From Chloroflexota bacterium (GTDB lineage: Bacteria > Chloroflexota > Dehalococcoidia > Lucifugimonadales > Lucifugimonadaceae), in assembly GCA_018649665.1 (NCBI GenBank), contig JABIHL010000098.1, forward strand, positions 660 to 64,659: a DNA stretch of 64,000 nt. Reading direction: 5' to 3'. The position numbers and the translations under genes were made by a program. The notes below the pieces were generated by a model. That model saw only the letters and a list, made by a program, of their open reading frames with translations, ran no database searches and was not told where the DNA came from. Of this stretch, positions 1-9,556 are shown piece after piece (within the stretch, counting starts at the first letter, position 1; every line of letters starts with the position of its first letter).

Positions 1-1
1 C

Positions 2-823
2 GTTCTCAGACTTGAAGAAGCTCTCGCTATCGATTTCGAATCGTTCATCCAACAAGTCATCGGTCGTATATCTCACAGCGCTGTAATCATTACAACGTAC
101 TTCTACGCCGTCGGTATGTGGGTTGGGTTAATCGCAATTGCAATCTTTGTGTTCGTCAAAAACCGCAACGCGTATATTGATCTCAGAAGAACGTTCGTCA
201 TTTCGATGATCTTCGGCGCCATCGTATTTGCATTGTTCCCTCTCGCACCACCTCGGTTCATGCCCGGTCTTGGAATGACCGACACGGTAACGCTGCTTGG
301 CCTTGACCCCGCACCTAGTTCTGACTCAACGATTAGCTACAACCGGTTCGCAGCTATGCCGAGCCTCCACTACGCCTGGGCACTGCTCGTCATGATCGGT
401 ACGTTCAAGGTCGGCGGTGCTTGGCTAAAAGTCAGCGGATTTGTCTACCAAGCACTCATGTTCATTGCGATCATCGCAACTGCAAACCACTACGTTCTCG
501 ACGCTGTGGCTGGAGCGATCCTATTGACGATCGCCATCTACCTGAATCGATGGTGGCGTAACTACGACCATAAAATTGACTCGTGGAAGACCGACCAACT
601 CACCAAATTCCGAGAGTTCGATCAAGCATGGCGAAGGCGCGTCGGTGGCATACCAGTGCCCGATCTCCGACAGCAATTTCTATCAGGATTCATTCTTAGG
701 GGCGGGTACGCCGAACGATCGACTCTGTCGAAGATATCCAGTGCTCAATATCCGCCTCCAGTCGCGAACGTTCAGCAGTCATTCCGCCCCGAACTCAACA
801 ACCTGAGCCTCGTACTGAACTGA
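2..823 (+). CDS. PAP2-superfamily membrane phosphoesterase (AUR1/IPC-synthase-like), 5'-truncated by window edge
   Basis: Frame is open from base 2. Motifs PLAPPR, AAMPSLH and ANHYVLD plus hydrophobic helices. Confidence 0.8.
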   Translation, partial: VLRLEEALAIDFESFIQQVIGRISHSAVIITTYFYAVGMWVGLIAIAIFVFVKNRNAYIDLRRTFVISMIFGAIVFALFPLAPPRFMPGLGMTDTVTLLGLDPAPSSDSTISYNRFAAMPSLHYAWALLVMIGTFKVGGAWLKVSGFVYQALMFIAIIATANHYVLDAVAGAILLTIAIYLNRWWRNYDHKIDSWKTDQLTKFREFDQAWRRRVGGIPVPDLRQQFLSGFILRGGYAERSTLSKISSAQYPPPVANVQQSFRPELNNLSLVLN

Positions 824-1243
824 CCCTTCATTTTGACGCGCCTGAATTTCAGGCAGCCAATGGCTCTTTATGTACGCCAAGACTTGCATAACCTGCTCGT
901 CCGTCAGACTACCCCGGAACGCCGGCATTACAGTCGCTAGCGGCGGCTTGTCGAGAATCCACTGGTGCAGCAGTCGATCAGGATGATGCCACGTGTGGCC
1001 TGCGTCGCCGTGAACAGTAGCCGTACCTAGAACCGTGGGGCCGTTTACCGGACCGTGGCAAGCAGCGCAGTTATTGGCGTACACGCTTTTTCCTGCCTCT
1101 ATCCGAACATCGGTGAGTTCCACCGGAAATTTCAGCGACGATTCCGACTGTGGTGCTACTCGGGTGTCTATCGAATTATCACCACAAGCGGCGACGATCA
1201 TCATCACGAGTAGTAACGCTATAGCCAAAACTGATCTTTGCAT
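779..1243 (-). CDS. Monohaem cytochrome c lipoprotein
   Basis: Lipobox IVAAC, haem motif CAACH, HTWHHPD segment, distal MPAF. Confidence 0.85.
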   Translation of the reverse strand: MQRSVLAIALLLVMMIVAACGDNSIDTRVAPQSESSLKFPVELTDVRIEAGKSVYANNCAACHGPVNGPTVLGTATVHGDAGHTWHHPDRLLHQWILDKPPLATVMPAFRGSLTDEQVMQVLAYIKSHWLPEIQARQNEGSVQYEAQVVEFGAE

Positions 1244-1294
1244 TAAATGTTTTCTCTTTTCTCACCATCAAAAACTATTCGTAATATTATTATC

Positions 1295-1324
1295 ATACCC
1301 AGACCCCCCCGGTAGGGGTATAAT
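1295..1324. promoter_or_regulatory. CsoR-type operator overlapping a TATAAT -10 box
   Basis: ATACCCAGACCCCCCCGGTAGGGGTATAAT is a C-tract/G-tract pseudo-palindrome like known CsoR operators. It lies between the divergent cytochrome c and csoR genes. Confidence 0.7.
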
Positions 1325-1368
1325 GAACATGTAATCACTCAATTTCAAGTAAATATTGCGAAAGTACG

Positions 1369-1686
1369 ATGACCCACGACCACGCAAATCATGACCACGA
1401 CCACGCAGAGCACCAAGCTGCCAAAGCCGATACGCGAGACGACGCTATCAAACGGCTCAGCTACATTGAGGGGCATCTGGCTGGCGTGAAAAAAATGGTC
1501 GAGGAAGACCGCTACTGTGTCGATATTCTCCGTCAAACGTTCGCAGTACGGCGTGCGCTCCAAAAACTCGAATCACAGCTGATTGACGGTCATCTGCGTA
1601 CATGCGTTGTCGATGGCGTGAAGCAAGGGCGTGAAGAACAGGTACTCAGCGAACTAGTGGAGTTATACGAAATTGCAGACCGTTAA
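1369..1686 (+). CDS. csoR: CsoR/RcnR-family metal-sensing repressor
   Basis: RLxxIEGHxxG...RYCVDIL...HLRTCV gives the C-H-C ligand set. His-rich N-terminus; directly upstream of copA. Confidence 0.9.
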   Translation: MTHDHANHDHDHAEHQAAKADTRDDAIKRLSYIEGHLAGVKKMVEEDRYCVDILRQTFAVRRALQKLESQLIDGHLRTCVVDGVKQGREEQVLSELVELYEIADR

Positions 1687-4057
1687 CCCAAATCCTCTTG
1701 CCACCCAAAAGGAAGTTGACGAAAACCTCGCATCGCTAACGTTCAGCGTCGGTGGAATGACCTGTGCCGCCTGTGTCCACCATGTAAGCAATGCACTAAG
1801 CGAACTTCCGGGGATCATCGAAGCCCAAGTGAGCCTCGGCACTGAAACCGCGACCGTCGAGTTTCCCCCAAACGCTGTCTCTAAGACTGATCTACGCGAC
1901 GCGCTTTCAGGAGCCGGGTATTCGGTGCGAGGTTTCGCAGACGAAGACACTTCGATATTTGCCGACGGCGATAAAAAAATCAGAGAGGCCGAACTAAAAA
2001 CCACTCGCGACATGATGGTCATCAGCTTAATAGTTGCTGCAGCCATCATGATTTCGATGAACTACAAGTCGATCGATTCACTCTCGAATCTTTCTCCAAC
2101 AGCGGTCAACATTTTCTTCTTAGCGTTGGCGACACCGGTTCAGTTCTGGGCAGGAGCCCGGTTCTACAAGTCGGCATGGGCCGCCGCTCGGCTGCGTACG
2201 TCGAACATGAACACGCTCGTCACCATCGGCACGTCAGCTGCTTATTTCTACAGCGTCGCAGTAACGATATTGCGACCGATGTTCGAAGATTCCTTAACCT
2301 TTTCCGACGCGGCTGTCGGAGGATCGCATTCGACAGGAACGTACTTCGACGTATCAACCGCAATAATCGGTCTCATACTGCTAGGAAGATGGCTTGAAGC
2401 GAGAGCGCGTGGCAGAACATCTGATGCAATCAAGAAGCTGATTGGCTTGCAGCCCGCGACGGCTGTAATCGTCCGAAATGGTGAGCCAACTGAGATCGAA
2501 ATTACCGATGTCGTTTCTGGCGACACGATTGTTCTTCGACCAGGAGAGCGAGTGCCTGTCGATGGTGAAATAACCGAAGGCACGACATCGGTAGATGAAT
2601 CGATGCTCACTGGTGAAGCGGTTCCGGTCGAAAAGCTACTGGGCGATCATCTATATACCGGAACCGTGAACGGTATGGGCGCTGTTAGATTCACTGCCGT
2701 ATCGGTCGGACGCGACACCGTATTAGCTGGAATCGTGCGAATGGTTCAGCAGGCCCAGTCATCTCGCGCACCAATTGAGCACTTGGTCGACCAAGTAACC
2801 GCCCGATTCGTTCCGGCAGTATTGGGCATAGCAATCGTCACCTTCGCCGTATGGTCGTTCCTCGCACCCGAACCCGCAATCATCAACGCGTTACTAATGA
2901 CGGTCGCCGTTCTAGTCATTGCTTGCCCTTGTGCACTCGGCCTAGCGACACCAACCGCCATCATGGTCGGCATGGGTCGGGGTGCTTCGTCGGGCGCTCT
3001 TATACGAAACGCAGACGCACTTGAACGTGCTCACCGGATAGATACTGTCGTATTCGATAAAACTGGCACGCTTACTGAAGGAAAGCCAGTTGTTTCTAGC
3101 CTGAACGCAATCGGGGTAAGCGAAGACAAGCTGATAGAACTCGCAGCAGCTGTGGAAGCTAGCTCAGAGCACCCGTTAGCCGGAGCTGTGCTTGCGGAAG
3201 CCAAAGCGCGCAATCTCGATATATCTTCCGCAACCGACGTCATGGCAGTTCCGGGACGTGGCATCGTCGCAATGGTCGAAGGCGCGAAGATCACTGTAGG
3301 CAGTGCCGAGTTCGTGGCGACCGCTTCCTCCGCAGATTACGATTTCACTGAGCACAGCTTTGCGATATCCGAACGCGGTGAAACAGTTCTGGGCGTAGCA
3401 AAAGACGGTGAGCCTATCGGGTTTATTGGCATATCCGACACGGTGAAGCCCGGAGCCAGCGAAGCGATTCGCCAACTCACAGATCGCGGCATACGGGCGG
3501 TAATGCTGACTGGCGACAACCAGCGGACCGCCGACAAAGTCGCTCAATCGATCGGTATCGACCATGTTGTTGCTGGCGTTCTCCCCGACGGCAAGGCGAA
3601 CGTAATCACAGAACTTCAAAGTGAAGGCAGAGTCGTAGCTATGGTCGGCGACGGCATTAATGATGCGCCAGCACTCGCAACAGCCGATGTCGGCATCGCC
3701 ATCGGATCGGGTACGGATATTGCGATTGAAGCCGCCGATGTAACGATCACTTCGGGCGATCCTGCAATCGTGGCGGAATTGATCGATCTTAGCCGCAGCA
3801 CCATGCGAACGATCAAGCAGAACCTATTCTGGGCGTTTTTCTACAACGTGCTACTGATACCAATCGCTGCGGGGGTTCTGTATCCAGTTTTCAGCGACGG
3901 CACGGTTCCAGGATTCCTGCAACCGCTAATTGGTCAATCAGGATTCCTCAATCCAATCGTGGCCGCAGGCGCGATGGCATTCAGCTCGGTAACGGTCGTG
4001 ACCAACTCGCTCCGTCTGGGTCGTGGGGGACGCAGAAAACAATCAGTCGCCAGCTAA
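1673..4057 (+). CDS. copA: Cu(I)-translocating P1B-type ATPase
   Basis: GMTCAAC metal-binding domain, TGE, CPC, DKTGT, SEHP, GDGIND, YN and MxxSS transmembrane motifs. Confidence 0.95.
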   Translation: MQTVNPNPLATQKEVDENLASLTFSVGGMTCAACVHHVSNALSELPGIIEAQVSLGTETATVEFPPNAVSKTDLRDALSGAGYSVRGFADEDTSIFADGDKKIREAELKTTRDMMVISLIVAAAIMISMNYKSIDSLSNLSPTAVNIFFLALATPVQFWAGARFYKSAWAAARLRTSNMNTLVTIGTSAAYFYSVAVTILRPMFEDSLTFSDAAVGGSHSTGTYFDVSTAIIGLILLGRWLEARARGRTSDAIKKLIGLQPATAVIVRNGEPTEIEITDVVSGDTIVLRPGERVPVDGEITEGTTSVDESMLTGEAVPVEKLLGDHLYTGTVNGMGAVRFTAVSVGRDTVLAGIVRMVQQAQSSRAPIEHLVDQVTARFVPAVLGIAIVTFAVWSFLAPEPAIINALLMTVAVLVIACPCALGLATPTAIMVGMGRGASSGALIRNADALERAHRIDTVVFDKTGTLTEGKPVVSSLNAIGVSEDKLIELAAAVEASSEHPLAGAVLAEAKARNLDISSATDVMAVPGRGIVAMVEGAKITVGSAEFVATASSADYDFTEHSFAISERGETVLGVAKDGEPIGFIGISDTVKPGASEAIRQLTDRGIRAVMLTGDNQRTADKVAQSIGIDHVVAGVLPDGKANVITELQSEGRVVAMVGDGINDAPALATADVGIAIGSGTDIAIEAADVTITSGDPAIVAELIDLSRSTMRTIKQNLFWAFFYNVLLIPIAAGVLYPVFSDGTVPGFLQPLIGQSGFLNPIVAAGAMAFSSVTVVTNSLRLGRGGRRKQSVAS

Positions 4058-4123
4058 TACCGGCACTAATTTCAAGTAAACGATCTAAGAAATCAGCTAA
4101 AACTAACTAGGAGACACGAACAA

Positions 4124-4327
4124 ATGAAAATCCCATTCCTAAACAGCGGAAAATCCGAACAGGCGATCGACCCGGTGTGCGGCATGAGCGTCGATACCGG
4201 TAATCCAGGCGGTGGTGCTTCGACTCACGCCGGGCAGGTCTACTACTTCTGTGGACCCGGCTGTAGAGTGGCGTTCGAGAAAGATCCCGAAGGCTATCTC
4301 TCTGGCGAAAAATCTATCGAGATGTAA
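4124..4327 (+). CDS. YHS/TRASH-domain small metal-binding protein
   Basis: DPVCGM...YYFCGPGC...F..DP; GGAG ribosome-binding site upstream. Confidence 0.85.
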   Translation: MKIPFLNSGKSEQAIDPVCGMSVDTGNPGGGASTHAGQVYYFCGPGCRVAFEKDPEGYLSGEKSIEM

Positions 4328-4466
4328 TATCCTCGACTGCGCTTGCTCTTCTGGGTGCATCCAATGCAAAGAATCCAGCATCACATAAATAGCCTTCGAA
4401 AAATAATTTAGAACGTTCACTCGTGCGCGGCATTTGCCGTACCACGGGATGAAATCAGGAACAGGA

Positions 4467-4724
4467 ATGCCCACTACAGAACAGCCGCCAGCCGATGGCG
4501 TAGCGATCGTATACACCCACCCGACTTGTGGTTATTGCGATCTGCTCAAGGAAGACCTTGTGAAGGACGATATCGCCTACCGCGAGATCGACGTTTCGAA
4601 AGAGCCTGAGAAGTGGGTGGAAGTCGAACGACTTTCCGGTGGCGACAAAATAACGCCAGTCATGGTCACCGCGTCTGGCGAAGTTGAAATCGGCTACAAG
4701 GGCATCGGCTGCAACTACGGCTAA
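4467..4724 (+). CDS. Glutaredoxin/NrdH-like redoxin
   Basis: CGYC motif, cis-Pro TP, extra C-terminal Cys. ATG at 4467 is preceded by AGGA. Confidence 0.8.
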   Translation: MPTTEQPPADGVAIVYTHPTCGYCDLLKEDLVKDDIAYREIDVSKEPEKWVEVERLSGGDKITPVMVTASGEVEIGYKGIGCNYG

Positions 4725-4888
4725 TCGAGCCTAATACGGGTCGATTTGCTTTCGATTTAGCCATTTCGAGTAGAAATGGACGTAATTAAAACGTCAGCTA
4801 GCTAAAACGAAGTGTTGACTGGCATTGGGTAGCCCCCTTACTCTCAATAGGAGCGACCTGAAACACCAGAACCAACAGTCGCTTCCAC

Positions 4889-4965
4889 GGTCCCGTGGTG
4901 TAGTGGTCTAACACGCCTCCCTGTCAAGGAGGAGATCGTCAGTTCAAATCTGATCGGGATCGCCA
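4889..4965 (+). tRNA. tRNA-Asp(GTC)
   Basis: GGTCCCG acceptor stem, anticodon arm CCTCC-CTGTCAA-GGAGG, T-loop GTTCAAATC, encoded CCA. Confidence 0.97.
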
Positions 4966-4979
4966 TCAAAGCGAATTAG

Positions 4980-5017
4980 AAAAGCCCTCGGCATTATGCC
5001 GGGGGCTTTTTTGTTTT
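4980..5017 (+). terminator. Rho-independent terminator after tRNA-Asp
   Basis: AAAAGCCCTCGGCA-TTA-TGCCGGGGGCTTTT followed by a T tract. Confidence 0.85.
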
Positions 5018-5124
5018 GGTGGCTTCCTAAGCGACAGCGGATTTTTTTCGCACGAAAGCAGCGCGTGGCATCCATATGTATGCTGTCGCCGTAGTTCATT
5101 AGTGCCGCCACTGAACAAATCAAC

Positions 5125-6132
5125 ATGCTCATTTCCAGAACCATCACGACCATAAACGCTTTTCGAATGATCTTTGCAATGTTGATCATCTCAGTCGTTG
5201 CCGTCTCTTGTGCTGATTCATCTGAGCCGACAGCAGTCTCGACATCCACAGCGACTCCTGTCGTAACCACGACTCCGATCGCGGTGGTGTTAGCTAGGGA
5301 ATACGTGGAAATCGAAGGTTGGAGCGACACCACTTCAGGAATACTCTGGGCGAACCCGAATGGTGTTGCCATTGACGCCGATGACAATATCTACACGACC
5401 GAGTTTCAGGGCAATCGAATACGTAAATTCGACCCGACCGGTGAGCTCCTACTCGAATGGGGCGGTTCAGGACGTGAAAACGGTAAATTCGACGCTCCCA
5501 CCGGAATAGCGATTGGGCCCGAAGGCAATATTTTCGTCTCTGAAAGCGGGAATCACCGCATTCAAAAATTCACTGCCGATGGCGAGTGGCTCACATCGTT
5601 CGGAAAACTCGGCAGAAAAGACGGCGAATTCGAATCGGCGATGGTTCTTGCGATAAGCGATGATGGCGTGATTTACGCGACCGATTGGGGCAACGCTCGC
5701 ATCAACGTATTCATGACGAACGGGGACGTAGTCGGTTCGCTTCTGAGCTTCAGCCAGGACCCTGGCGGACTCGCAAGCCCAACCGGAATCAAGATCGGAC
5801 CCGACGGCAACCTGTGGGTGGTCGATCGAGGTAACAATCGAGTTCAAAAGTTCACGACCGACGGCGAGCTGCTCGGTCTGTGGGGAGAGTTCGGTGAGGA
5901 GCCGGGTCAGTTCAATGTTCCTACAAGTATCAACTTCGATGCAGCCGGAAACTTTGTCATTTCGGAGTTTCGCGGGCATCGACTCCAGCAATTCACGCCC
6001 GATGGCCGTTTGATCAGTGAAATCGCCCCCGGCACGTTCCAGGGTCCGCACGGATTAGCGTTCGATAGCACCGGTGCACTGTACGTCGCCGACACCGGAA
6101 ATCACGCCATACGTAAATTCGTCCCCGAATAA
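5125..6132 (+). CDS. NHL-repeat six-bladed beta-propeller lipoprotein (start may be 5167)
   Basis: Lipobox AVSC, Thr-rich linker, repeated F..P.GIA...GNxxV.D.GNHRIQKF. Confidence 0.85.
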   Translation: MLISRTITTINAFRMIFAMLIISVVAVSCADSSEPTAVSTSTATPVVTTTPIAVVLAREYVEIEGWSDTTSGILWANPNGVAIDADDNIYTTEFQGNRIRKFDPTGELLLEWGGSGRENGKFDAPTGIAIGPEGNIFVSESGNHRIQKFTADGEWLTSFGKLGRKDGEFESAMVLAISDDGVIYATDWGNARINVFMTNGDVVGSLLSFSQDPGGLASPTGIKIGPDGNLWVVDRGNNRVQKFTTDGELLGLWGEFGEEPGQFNVPTSINFDAAGNFVISEFRGHRLQQFTPDGRLISEIAPGTFQGPHGLAFDSTGALYVADTGNHAIRKFVPE

Positions 6133-6150
6133 CGTTACGGCTTCATATGA

Positions 6151-6194
6151 TTGGCAATTTTACAAACGAGATATATTATTTAGCCGACTAAGTA
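6151..6194 (+). promoter_or_regulatory. marR promoter with overlapping palindromic operator
   Basis: TTGGCA-17 nt-TATTAT; palindrome TATTTAGCCGACTAAGTA at 6177-6194. Confidence 0.6.
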
Positions 6195-6208
6195 ACTGGA
6201 GTAATGAA

Positions 6209-6652
6209 TTGACCTCAGAGCCATCAATCGAATCAAGAGGCGAAGTTAGCTTTGCGTTCGCTATAACTGCAAAGCTTCATCGCCAGCGAGCCGACGAACT
6301 GCTTAACCAGATCGGATTACACGTCGGTCAAGAAACGCTTTTGGACGTTCTGTGGACCGAAGGCGAGATTACCCAAACTGAACTGGCGAATCGACTCGGA
6401 ATTCAACCTGCCACGTTGACGATCGCTCTAAAAAGGCTTGAGAAGAACGGCTTAGTAGTTCGCTCGCGAGATCCCGAGGATCGACGAGTGAGCCGAGTTC
6501 AAGCATCATCCAAATCGAGCGAACTACGAGAAGGCGTAATGCTCGCATGGGCACGACTTGAGCACGAAACGGTGAGCAATCTCACGGAGCCAGAGCGGGC
6601 ATTGCTCGCAATCCTCCTCAACAAAGTCACAGACGGTCTTTCAGACGGCTAA
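6209..6652 (+). CDS. MarR-family transcriptional regulator
   Basis: TQTELA...LKRLEKNGLV.R.RDPEDRR. TTG start at 6209 follows GGAG. Confidence 0.9.
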   Translation: MTSEPSIESRGEVSFAFAITAKLHRQRADELLNQIGLHVGQETLLDVLWTEGEITQTELANRLGIQPATLTIALKRLEKNGLVVRSRDPEDRRVSRVQASSKSSELREGVMLAWARLEHETVSNLTEPERALLAILLNKVTDGLSDG

Positions 6653-6674
6653 CCATTGCACTCTTGTGTGCAAC

Positions 6675-6692
6675 TAATTAGTCGCCTAAATA
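6675..6692. promoter_or_regulatory. Second copy of the putative MarR operator
   Basis: Reverse complement TATTTAGGCGACTAATTA matches 6177-6194 at 16 of 18 positions. Confidence 0.55.
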
Positions 6693-6815
6693 CATGCATT
6701 TGATCTAAAAAACGTATTTCGCCACATAAAAATAACTGCAGGACTGCATCACCTTCAGCGCGCGCCCGTAACAACCGGCATGGGCATATAACGCTCCTCC
6801 AATCTTTCTACTCAG

Positions 6816-6856
6816 AACAAAAAAAGCCCCAGGCGAATCGCCCGGGGCTTTTGTTT
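6816..6856. terminator. Bidirectional intrinsic terminator
   Basis: AAAAAAAGCCCCAGGCGA-A-TCGCCCGGGGCTTTTGTTT between convergent units. Confidence 0.85.
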
Positions 6857-6941
6857 GCACATCTCTTGGGTCAGAAAGAGATGTGCCTGAGAGAGGAGAG
6901 GAAGCTGTTAAAGCTGTGCTCCACTAGTTGTTACGTACAAA

Positions 6942-8543
6942 CTATGTCGCCAGTTCTGTGGCAACGACTGGTCGAGTGGCGGTGTCATCTTCAACCTCTC
7001 CCGGTACGAGATCGTATCCGGGCATGAACTTGACCACGAACGCCATACCAATAAGCGCAACGATTCCCGCAATGATGTACACCGATGAAGCACCATCGAT
7101 GAACGCCTGCTTCGATGCGGTAACCAGCTCACCGCCGGCACCATCTTCCAACGATCCTGCAACCTGAAGGGCTGCACCGATCTGGTTGCTCGCAGCGTCG
7201 GCAGCTGCAGTTGGAAGACCAACTACGGCGTCGGTCATGCTGGAAGCGTATACCGAACTCATGATCGAACCGAAGATTCCAACACCGAGCGCTCCACCGA
7301 TCTGTCGAACAGTGTCGTTCAACGCAGATCCAACACCGGCCTGAGCCTCCGGAACTGCAGCCATGACTGAGTCGGTGGCAGGAGCCATCGTGTTAGCCAT
7401 GCCAAGTCCCATCAGGAAGATCAGCGATCCGGTGAGCCAGTAGGTAGTTCCTACATCGAGGAATGCCATTGATCCCACTGCAATCGCAACCAGCAGCATT
7501 CCAACGCTCATTACCACCTTGGCGTTCGTCTTTGCAACGAATGCCGCACTAGTGGGCGCTCCTACCAAGAAGCCCATCGCCATCGGAACCAATCGGTATC
7601 CAGTGTCGAGCGGAGAGTATCCCTGAACGAACTGCAGGTACTGAGTGAGCAGGAACATCATTCCTAGCATCGCCATGAACGCAATTCCGATCGATCCAGC
7701 CGCAGCTGAGATTCGAGCGTTCTTGAACAAGTTCAGGTCGACCATTGGGTGTGCTTGCCTCTTTTCGTACCAGACGAACAATGCACCGAACACTATCGTG
7801 ACAGCGAAGCCAGCGAGAGTAGCGCCTGAGAGCCAACCCTTTTCAGGTGCCTCGATGATTGCGTATATGAGAGCTGAGAGCGAAATCATCGAAAGAACAG
7901 CACCAACGATGTCGGTCGTCTTCGAGTTGACGTCTTTGCTTTCAGGAATCACCAGAACTGAACCAATCAGTGCGATCAGCACAACAGGGATGTTCAGTAA
8001 GAACACTGAGCCCCAGAAGTAGTTTTCGAGCAACCAACCACCGGCGATCATTCCACCCGGAATACCGATCGCTGCCATGCCCGACCATATTCCGATTGCC
8101 TTCGCCCGCTCTTCACGAGGGAAGATATCGACGATCACCGACAGAGTCGACGGCATGATTAGTGCGCCACCGATGCCCTGAAATGCGCGAGCAACGATAA
8201 GTTGCGAGGTGCTCTCAGACAGTCCCGCACCAACGCTGGCGAGACCAAATATCACTAGGCCAACTTGGAACGCCAAGCGTCTGCCAAATCGGTCACCGAG
8301 CGATCCCATTGTTAGCAGCACACCTGCAAACACCAATATGTATGCATTGATGATCCACTGCAGACCCGAAGCAGTTGCCTGCAGTTCAGCCTGAAGCGTT
8401 GGGATGGCGACGTTTAGAACAGTTACGTCCAGCCCAATGATGATCAACGCGATTGAAAGGACCCCGAGGGACCATTTCCGTCTTGCGTATCCAGCGTTGG
8501 TCACATTCTCGACGAGACCCGCTGACGCTGTTGAATTACTCAT
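6942..8543 (-). CDS. DHA2 (EmrB/QacA-type) 14-TMS MFS efflux transporter
   Basis: LDVTVLNVAIP, GSLGDRFGRR, ARAFQGIGGA, WGSVFLLNIPV. Confidence 0.92.
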   Translation of the reverse strand: MSNSTASAGLVENVTNAGYARRKWSLGVLSIALIIIGLDVTVLNVAIPTLQAELQATASGLQWIINAYILVFAGVLLTMGSLGDRFGRRLAFQVGLVIFGLASVGAGLSESTSQLIVARAFQGIGGALIMPSTLSVIVDIFPREERAKAIGIWSGMAAIGIPGGMIAGGWLLENYFWGSVFLLNIPVVLIALIGSVLVIPESKDVNSKTTDIVGAVLSMISLSALIYAIIEAPEKGWLSGATLAGFAVTIVFGALFVWYEKRQAHPMVDLNLFKNARISAAAGSIGIAFMAMLGMMFLLTQYLQFVQGYSPLDTGYRLVPMAMGFLVGAPTSAAFVAKTNAKVVMSVGMLLVAIAVGSMAFLDVGTTYWLTGSLIFLMGLGMANTMAPATDSVMAAVPEAQAGVGSALNDTVRQIGGALGVGIFGSIMSSVYASSMTDAVVGLPTAAADAASNQIGAALQVAGSLEDGAGGELVTASKQAFIDGASSVYIIAGIVALIGMAFVVKFMPGYDLVPGEVEDDTATRPVVATELAT

Positions 8544-8680
8544 TACTAAAAAGTTCCTTAGCTATACCGACCCGCACAACTGAAAATCAGTCGTCAAGGT
8601 AAAAAAATCACTCTTCACACGAAAAATTAGTTACTACACATCGGACCATTTCCGCCTTCTGCTACTCCAGTAACTGGTGT

Positions 8681-8701
8681 CATGACTGACGGTCAGTCAT
8701 G
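8681..8701. promoter_or_regulatory. TetR operator upstream of the MFS gene
   Basis: Perfect palindrome CATGACTGAC-G-GTCAGTCATG. Confidence 0.75.
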
Positions 8702-8721
8702 TAAAAATAAACAAATAAAAA

Positions 8722-9321
8722 CTACCGTCGAGGTGCTACGAATGCCCCCTGAACAACGATTTCGGTCGCACGTTGTATCTCTTCAGCCGATGCGATCTTC
8801 GGTTCAGTCGCGAACGCCAATCGCATAGCACCCGACATGATGACTTTGAACATCTCGGCTGCCACTTCGGCGTTCATCGCAACGGCTTCACCCGCATCAA
8901 TAAACCCTTGAAACATGCCAATAGCCATCTGACTAACTTCAGCGTGGGCTTCGATTTTGTCGAAATCACTTTCACCGGCGTCACTCATATGCATCAACGC
9001 ACAAAGATCAGGATTGTCTCGCCCGACTTCGAAACCAAGCTGAACGAATTTTCCGAGAATCTCAGAAAAGGATTCATCACCGCTCAATATGCCTTGAAGA
9101 CGAGTTGCCATCTCATCCATCGGTTGTCGGGCCAGATCGATCACTACCGACTTCTTCGATTCGAAATACAGGTAGAAGGTGCCTTGAGCCACTCCCGCCT
9201 TTCTTACGATGTCGGAAATAGTGGCACTCTCGTAACCCTTGTCACCGAACACGGCACGAGCTGCGTCAAGAATTTGCTTCCTACGCTGCGCTTCCGATTG
9301 TGTTCGTTCTGCTACTGCCAT
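8722..9321 (-). CDS. TetR/AcrR-family regulator
   Basis: ILDAARAVF...ATISDIVRKAGVAQGTFYLYFESK helix-turn-helix. Confidence 0.93.
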   Translation of the reverse strand: MAVAERTQSEAQRRKQILDAARAVFGDKGYESATISDIVRKAGVAQGTFYLYFESKKSVVIDLARQPMDEMATRLQGILSGDESFSEILGKFVQLGFEVGRDNPDLCALMHMSDAGESDFDKIEAHAEVSQMAIGMFQGFIDAGEAVAMNAEVAAEMFKVIMSGAMRLAFATEPKIASAEEIQRATEIVVQGAFVAPRR

Positions 9322-9349
9322 GTCGTTCTTTCCAGTTGCTACAGTCCGG

Positions 9350-9366
9350 TGACTGACGATCAGTCA
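9350..9366. promoter_or_regulatory. TetR autoregulatory operator
   Basis: TGACTGACGATCAGTCA matches 8683-8699 at 16 of 17 positions and lies ~30 nt upstream of the tetR start. Confidence 0.75.
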
Positions 9367-9556
9367 TTTACTGTAGCACAACAAATCAGATGCACAACGT
9401 AACAAAGAGATGCAGAATCTTAGAAAACTGCTTTCCAATCTCGATTTCTATCGATATTGAGTGAGATTAGGCTTTCGAACGGCGTATATTGCGACTGCCC
9501 ACAGACTATCCCTGTGCTTCTATGTGCCTTTGGCGACTAATTCAAAAAGCAAGCAT

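Noticed and set aside
4889-6132. tRNA-Asp as an integration site for an island
   Set aside because: A terminator follows directly, and I found no integrase and no duplicated tRNA 3' end in the window.
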